Shown: piece by piece, positions 36,136 to 39,114 of the stretch | Layout: every line of letters starts with the position of its first letter | Position numbering within the stretch: the first letter of the stretch is position 1 | Assembly (NCBI GenBank): GCA_003562195.1 | Contig: PWVT01000090.1 | Coordinates: 1-39,114, forward strand | Origin: Phycisphaeraceae bacterium | GTDB taxonomy: Bacteria; Planctomycetota; Phycisphaerae; Phycisphaerales; SM1A02 | Direction of reading: 5' to 3' | DNA: 39,114 bases | The notes under the pieces: model-generated | Database searches by the model: none | What the model was told of the DNA's origin: nothing | The model's input: the letters and a program-made list of their open reading frames with translations, nothing else | Translations under genes and position numbers: made by a program

Positions 36136-37685
36136 CGAATGTATCGCAAGCGGCCGAAGTCGGGAATGACCGGCGTCCCATCATCGCGCAGCGGGTACAT
36201 CGCTGGGAAGTACACCACCCACGCCTTGCCCAGCAGCAGGTCCCGGTGTACAACGAACGGGCTGTCATCCACCTGAGCGGCCACAAACGGGTGTGGGCTG
36301 CCCCACAGACGCGAGTCGAGTGAGGCCTGGCTGTTGTCGCCAAGCATGTAGAACTGATCGTCACCCAACACCGCGAGGTTGTCCGGATGGGTGCCAAAGG
36401 CCTCGCCACGAATAGTCGGCTCATTGCGCTGTTGATTCTCTTCGAGTGTCGCTGCGCGGTAGTACAGGTCGCGATCAATGCTGACACGGTGAAGCGTCAC
36501 CGGCGAGCCAACAAAATGCCATCGCACCTGAGACTCTTCAACCGCTCCATTGCGTGCCGCAACCTGTGCTCGACGGTCTTCCATCCCCGTGGCAGATTCG
36601 ATACGTTGCTGAGGCGTCCATTCGTAATCAAGACGCACGACTTCGCGATTGTCAACGAAAATGCGCATCGACTGGTCAACGTGCCAGAACTCGACGTTTC
36701 GCACACGTCCGGGTCGTGCTGCGCGAATCGATTGTGATTGCGAATCGATCCACTGTCCTTCCGGATCATCAGCATCGCGAAATCGAACAGTCGCTTCATC
36801 ACTGGTCATGGTGAACTCGAATATGTGGCTCCGCGCGAATAGCTCGAGCCGCGTGGTCAGCCCCTCCTGATCGGGCACGATACCGGCGACAATGCGCAGA
36901 TCGCTCACAGGGATCAACCCGGGCGAGCGTTGACCGAGAAGGTTATATGATGCCCAGTCATCCAAGCGCATTTCGCGCATGTCCCATTCGAGCATCGTTG
37001 CTGCCGCCTCGTCGGTACGGTAGCTGCGACCGGACGTATCCCATGCCTCACCACGCCAAGGGGGGCCAGCGTAATGCCGGTCGAGTCGTCCGGGGTCGAC
37101 AACGGCATAGTTACTGTGATGAATCGGCTGCCACAGCGCACGCTGCACGTGAACTGGTTTGCGCTGAATGGAAAATCGCGACTCATCATCGCCCATGGCA
37201 AAGACATCACCATCGGCAATCCACACGGTTTCATTGGGCAGGCCGATGAGACGCTTGATGTAATTGCCCGCCTCACCCTTTGGGTCAGTAGGGTTCTTGA
37301 AAACCACGACGTCATAGCGCCGTGGCTCGCTGAACGAGTACAGGCCCTTGAGCACGAGAATGCGATCGCCTGCGCGAGGTCGGCCGGTCGTCGGATGCAC
37401 GCGCGGCCGGCCGACGGGATAATTGCGGCCGAGCATCGGGTCGAGTACCTCATCAAAGTTCGGCCGTCGTTGGTCCAGACCCGCTGGAAAGTTGTAACCG
37501 GTCAGCGTCGAGTGCAGTTCAACATGGGCTCCCATAAGCGTCGGTGCCATGGAACCGGTGGGAATCACAAACCCCTCCGCAACAAAGCCACGAAACGTCA
37601 TCGCCAGCACGAATGCGACAATGAGCGACTGGAGCGTGTCAACCACGCCTGAGTCAGCGTGCAGCGGTGGTGTCTGAGAATCCAT
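36132..37685 (-). CDS. lepB: signal peptidase I (large form with insertion)
   Basis: An N-terminal TM helix is followed by the catalytic Ser box IPTGSMAPTL, the Lys box YIKRLIGLPNETV, and the GDNSQASLDSRLWG box (GDNxxxSxDSR). Confidence 0.85.
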   Translation of the reverse strand: MDSQTPPLHADSGVVDTLQSLIVAFVLAMTFRGFVAEGFVIPTGSMAPTLMGAHVELHSTLTGYNFPAGLDQRRPNFDEVLDPMLGRNYPVGRPRVHPTTGRPRAGDRILVLKGLYSFSEPRRYDVVVFKNPTDPKGEAGNYIKRLIGLPNETVWIADGDVFAMGDDESRFSIQRKPVHVQRALWQPIHHSNYAVVDPGRLDRHYAGPPWRGEAWDTSGRSYRTDEAAATMLEWDMREMRLDDWASYNLLGQRSPGLIPVSDLRIVAGIVPDQEGLTTRLELFARSHIFEFTMTSDEATVRFRDADDPEGQWIDSQSQSIRAARPGRVRNVEFWHVDQSMRIFVDNREVVRLDYEWTPQQRIESATGMEDRRAQVAARNGAVEESQVRWHFVGSPVTLHRVSIDRDLYYRAATLEENQQRNEPTIRGEAFGTHPDNLAVLGDDQFYMLGDNSQASLDSRLWGSPHPFVAAQVDDSPFVVHRDLLLGKAWVVYFPAMYPLRDDGTPVIPDFGRLRYIR

Positions 37686-37783
37686 GAGCGAAATGGTAGG
37701 GGGTAACGTTCAAACGGCCAAACATCGAAAGGAAGAGCGAACGAGCAACGTATTGAAATGTGGCACTCCTGTGTGAGCTGCGG

Positions 37784-39114
37784 TCACCCTTCGGATTGAC
37801 CGCCTGTACCACCATCGCCCGGGCGTTTTCTTCGTCTGCGGCGACGCTTGCGCTTGGGCTTGGGTGCACCATCTGCCTGATCGCCTGCCTGCGGCTTGCT
37901 CGCTTGCGGATCGCTGGTTTGCTGTGCCTCGCCACCTCCACCGCCTTTGCGTCGTCTGCGGCGTCGCTTCCGCTTGGGTTTTTCTTCCCCGGGCACCTCG
38001 GCTTGACTCTCGCCGTCGCCCAGTTGCTGTGACTGTTCACGGAAGCTGTCCTGCTGCTGCGTCTTGGATTTGCCTTTGCTACGACGGCTGCGCTTTCGTT
38101 TTCCGCGTTTACCGTCGTCGGTACGGTCCGCCACTTCCTGTGCAGACAGCCCGCGCAGCGGGTCACTCTCGCGTTCGCGCTCCCGTTGCTCCGCATCGCG
38201 CTTGGCCTGCGCCTCGCCCGGCGTGGGACAGGTGTCCGGGTCCATCAATTCCTCGACCGGCACAGCGATCTCACGACCGTCATGCTCTAAACGTACCAGC
38301 ACTAGCTGTACGAGAATCTTCGTCTCCAGCACGATACCCGGCCCTTCACTGGTGCCAACACGCTTCTTGAGCTTCGGCAGATTCTTCCGCAGCTCCTTGT
38401 ACGTCTGGTCCTCGTAGCGCAGGCAGCACATCAGCCGCCCACAGCGGCCGGAAATCTTCAGTGGATCAAGCGTGGCCTTCTGCGTCTTCGCAGCACGCAT
38501 GGAAACCGGCTTGAGCACCTTGAGAAAGTTCTTGCAGCAACAATGCTGGCCGCAGCGTTCGTAATCAGCCACAAGGCGGGCCTCATCGCGCGCCCCCACC
38601 TGGCGCATTTCGATGCGGGCCTTGAACTGGCTGGCCAGATCGCGGACAAGATCACGGAAGTCCACCCGGTCTTCTGACATGTAATAGAACGTCAGCAGTT
38701 CCTCGCCGAGGATCGGCTCGACATCCACGAGTTTCATCGGCAGCTTGTACTGCGTGATCAACGCCTTGCACGCCTTGGTGTATTCCGGCTTGCGATTGTT
38801 CAGTTCCGATTGGCGGTTGAGATCATCGATGGTGGCGACGCGGAGAATCTTGCCCTTGGTTTGAAACGGGTAATCCTTGCCGCCGGAATTCTCGATGTAC
38901 TCGAGCATCTCCTTGCGGGTGACGGACTTGCCGCAGCCGGCGTTCTCGCACGTGGTCGTGAGCATCTCGACCACCTCGGTCCCGCGGAGCGTGCGGGCGA
39001 CGAGTTTGGAGCCGCAGCCGGGCTTGGCCGAGCCGTGATACGGAAACTCGCCGACCAGCTTCATCGAGCCGTACTTGACGACGATGGTCTTGGGTGGCTC
39101 GATGCGCTCGTAGA
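37784..39114 (-). CDS. PSP1 C-terminal domain protein (YaaT/RicT-like) with poly-basic tail; 5' end outside the window
   Basis: VDFRDLVRDLASQFKARIEMRQVGARDEARLVADYERCGQHCCC ... ISGRCGRLMCCLRYE is the PSP1 domain signature. The frame stays open to the window edge (YERIEPPKTIVVKYGSMKLVGEF...), so the true start is probably beyond 39114. Confidence 0.8.
   Translation of the reverse strand, partial: YERIEPPKTIVVKYGSMKLVGEFPYHGSAKPGCGSKLVARTLRGTEVVEMLTTTCENAGCGKSVTRKEMLEYIENSGGKDYPFQTKGKILRVATIDDLNRQSELNNRKPEYTKACKALITQYKLPMKLVDVEPILGEELLTFYYMSEDRVDFRDLVRDLASQFKARIEMRQVGARDEARLVADYERCGQHCCCKNFLKVLKPVSMRAAKTQKATLDPLKISGRCGRLMCCLRYEDQTYKELRKNLPKLKKRVGTSEGPGIVLETKILVQLVLVRLEHDGREIAVPVEELMDPDTCPTPGEAQAKRDAEQRERERESDPLRGLSAQEVADRTDDGKRGKRKRSRRSKGKSKTQQQDSFREQSQQLGDGESQAEVPGEEKPKRKRRRRRRKGGGGGEAQQTSDPQASKPQAGDQADGAPKPKRKRRRRRRKRPGDGGTGGQSEG

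Overview
This is a GC-rich, densely packed bacterial chromosomal segment. I saw no rRNA, CRISPR array, transposase or integrase. The gene content suggests a Planctomycetota (Phycisphaerae-like) genome, which is inference only. It includes a BatA-type N-terminal double-TM/VWA protein, a membrane-anchored Ser/Thr kinase with a long TPR array, an ECF-like sigma factor, a PSP1 protein with a poly-basic tail, and secreted proteins ending in dockerin-like DxNxDGxVD..DLLxLLxxWG repeats. I can support about 33 protein-coding genes, one tRNA-Gly(UCC), one clear intrinsic terminator and a few candidate regulatory or structured elements. Many start codons are uncertain because GC-rich ORFs extend upstream of the likely starts. 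The main findings are: (1) a multihaem cytochrome c-like gene (24862..26817) is interrupted by a single in-frame TGA that falls exactly on the second Cys of a CXXCH motif, so it is either recoded (selenocysteine-type) or a very recent pseudogene or sequencing error; (2) three translationally coupled, paralogous, internally duplicated secreted proteins of a family I cannot name (30130..36135) sit just downstream of an orphan two-domain ABC permease; (3) a B12-binding domain is fused to a MeaB-like GTPase with no mutase catalytic domain; (4) an ECF-like sigma with a coupled small ORF lies convergent with the Ser/Thr kinase; (5) a 99-nt three-way-junction inverted repeat lies next to the tRNA; and (6) a G-quadruplex-type tract lies inside an atypically long non-coding gap.
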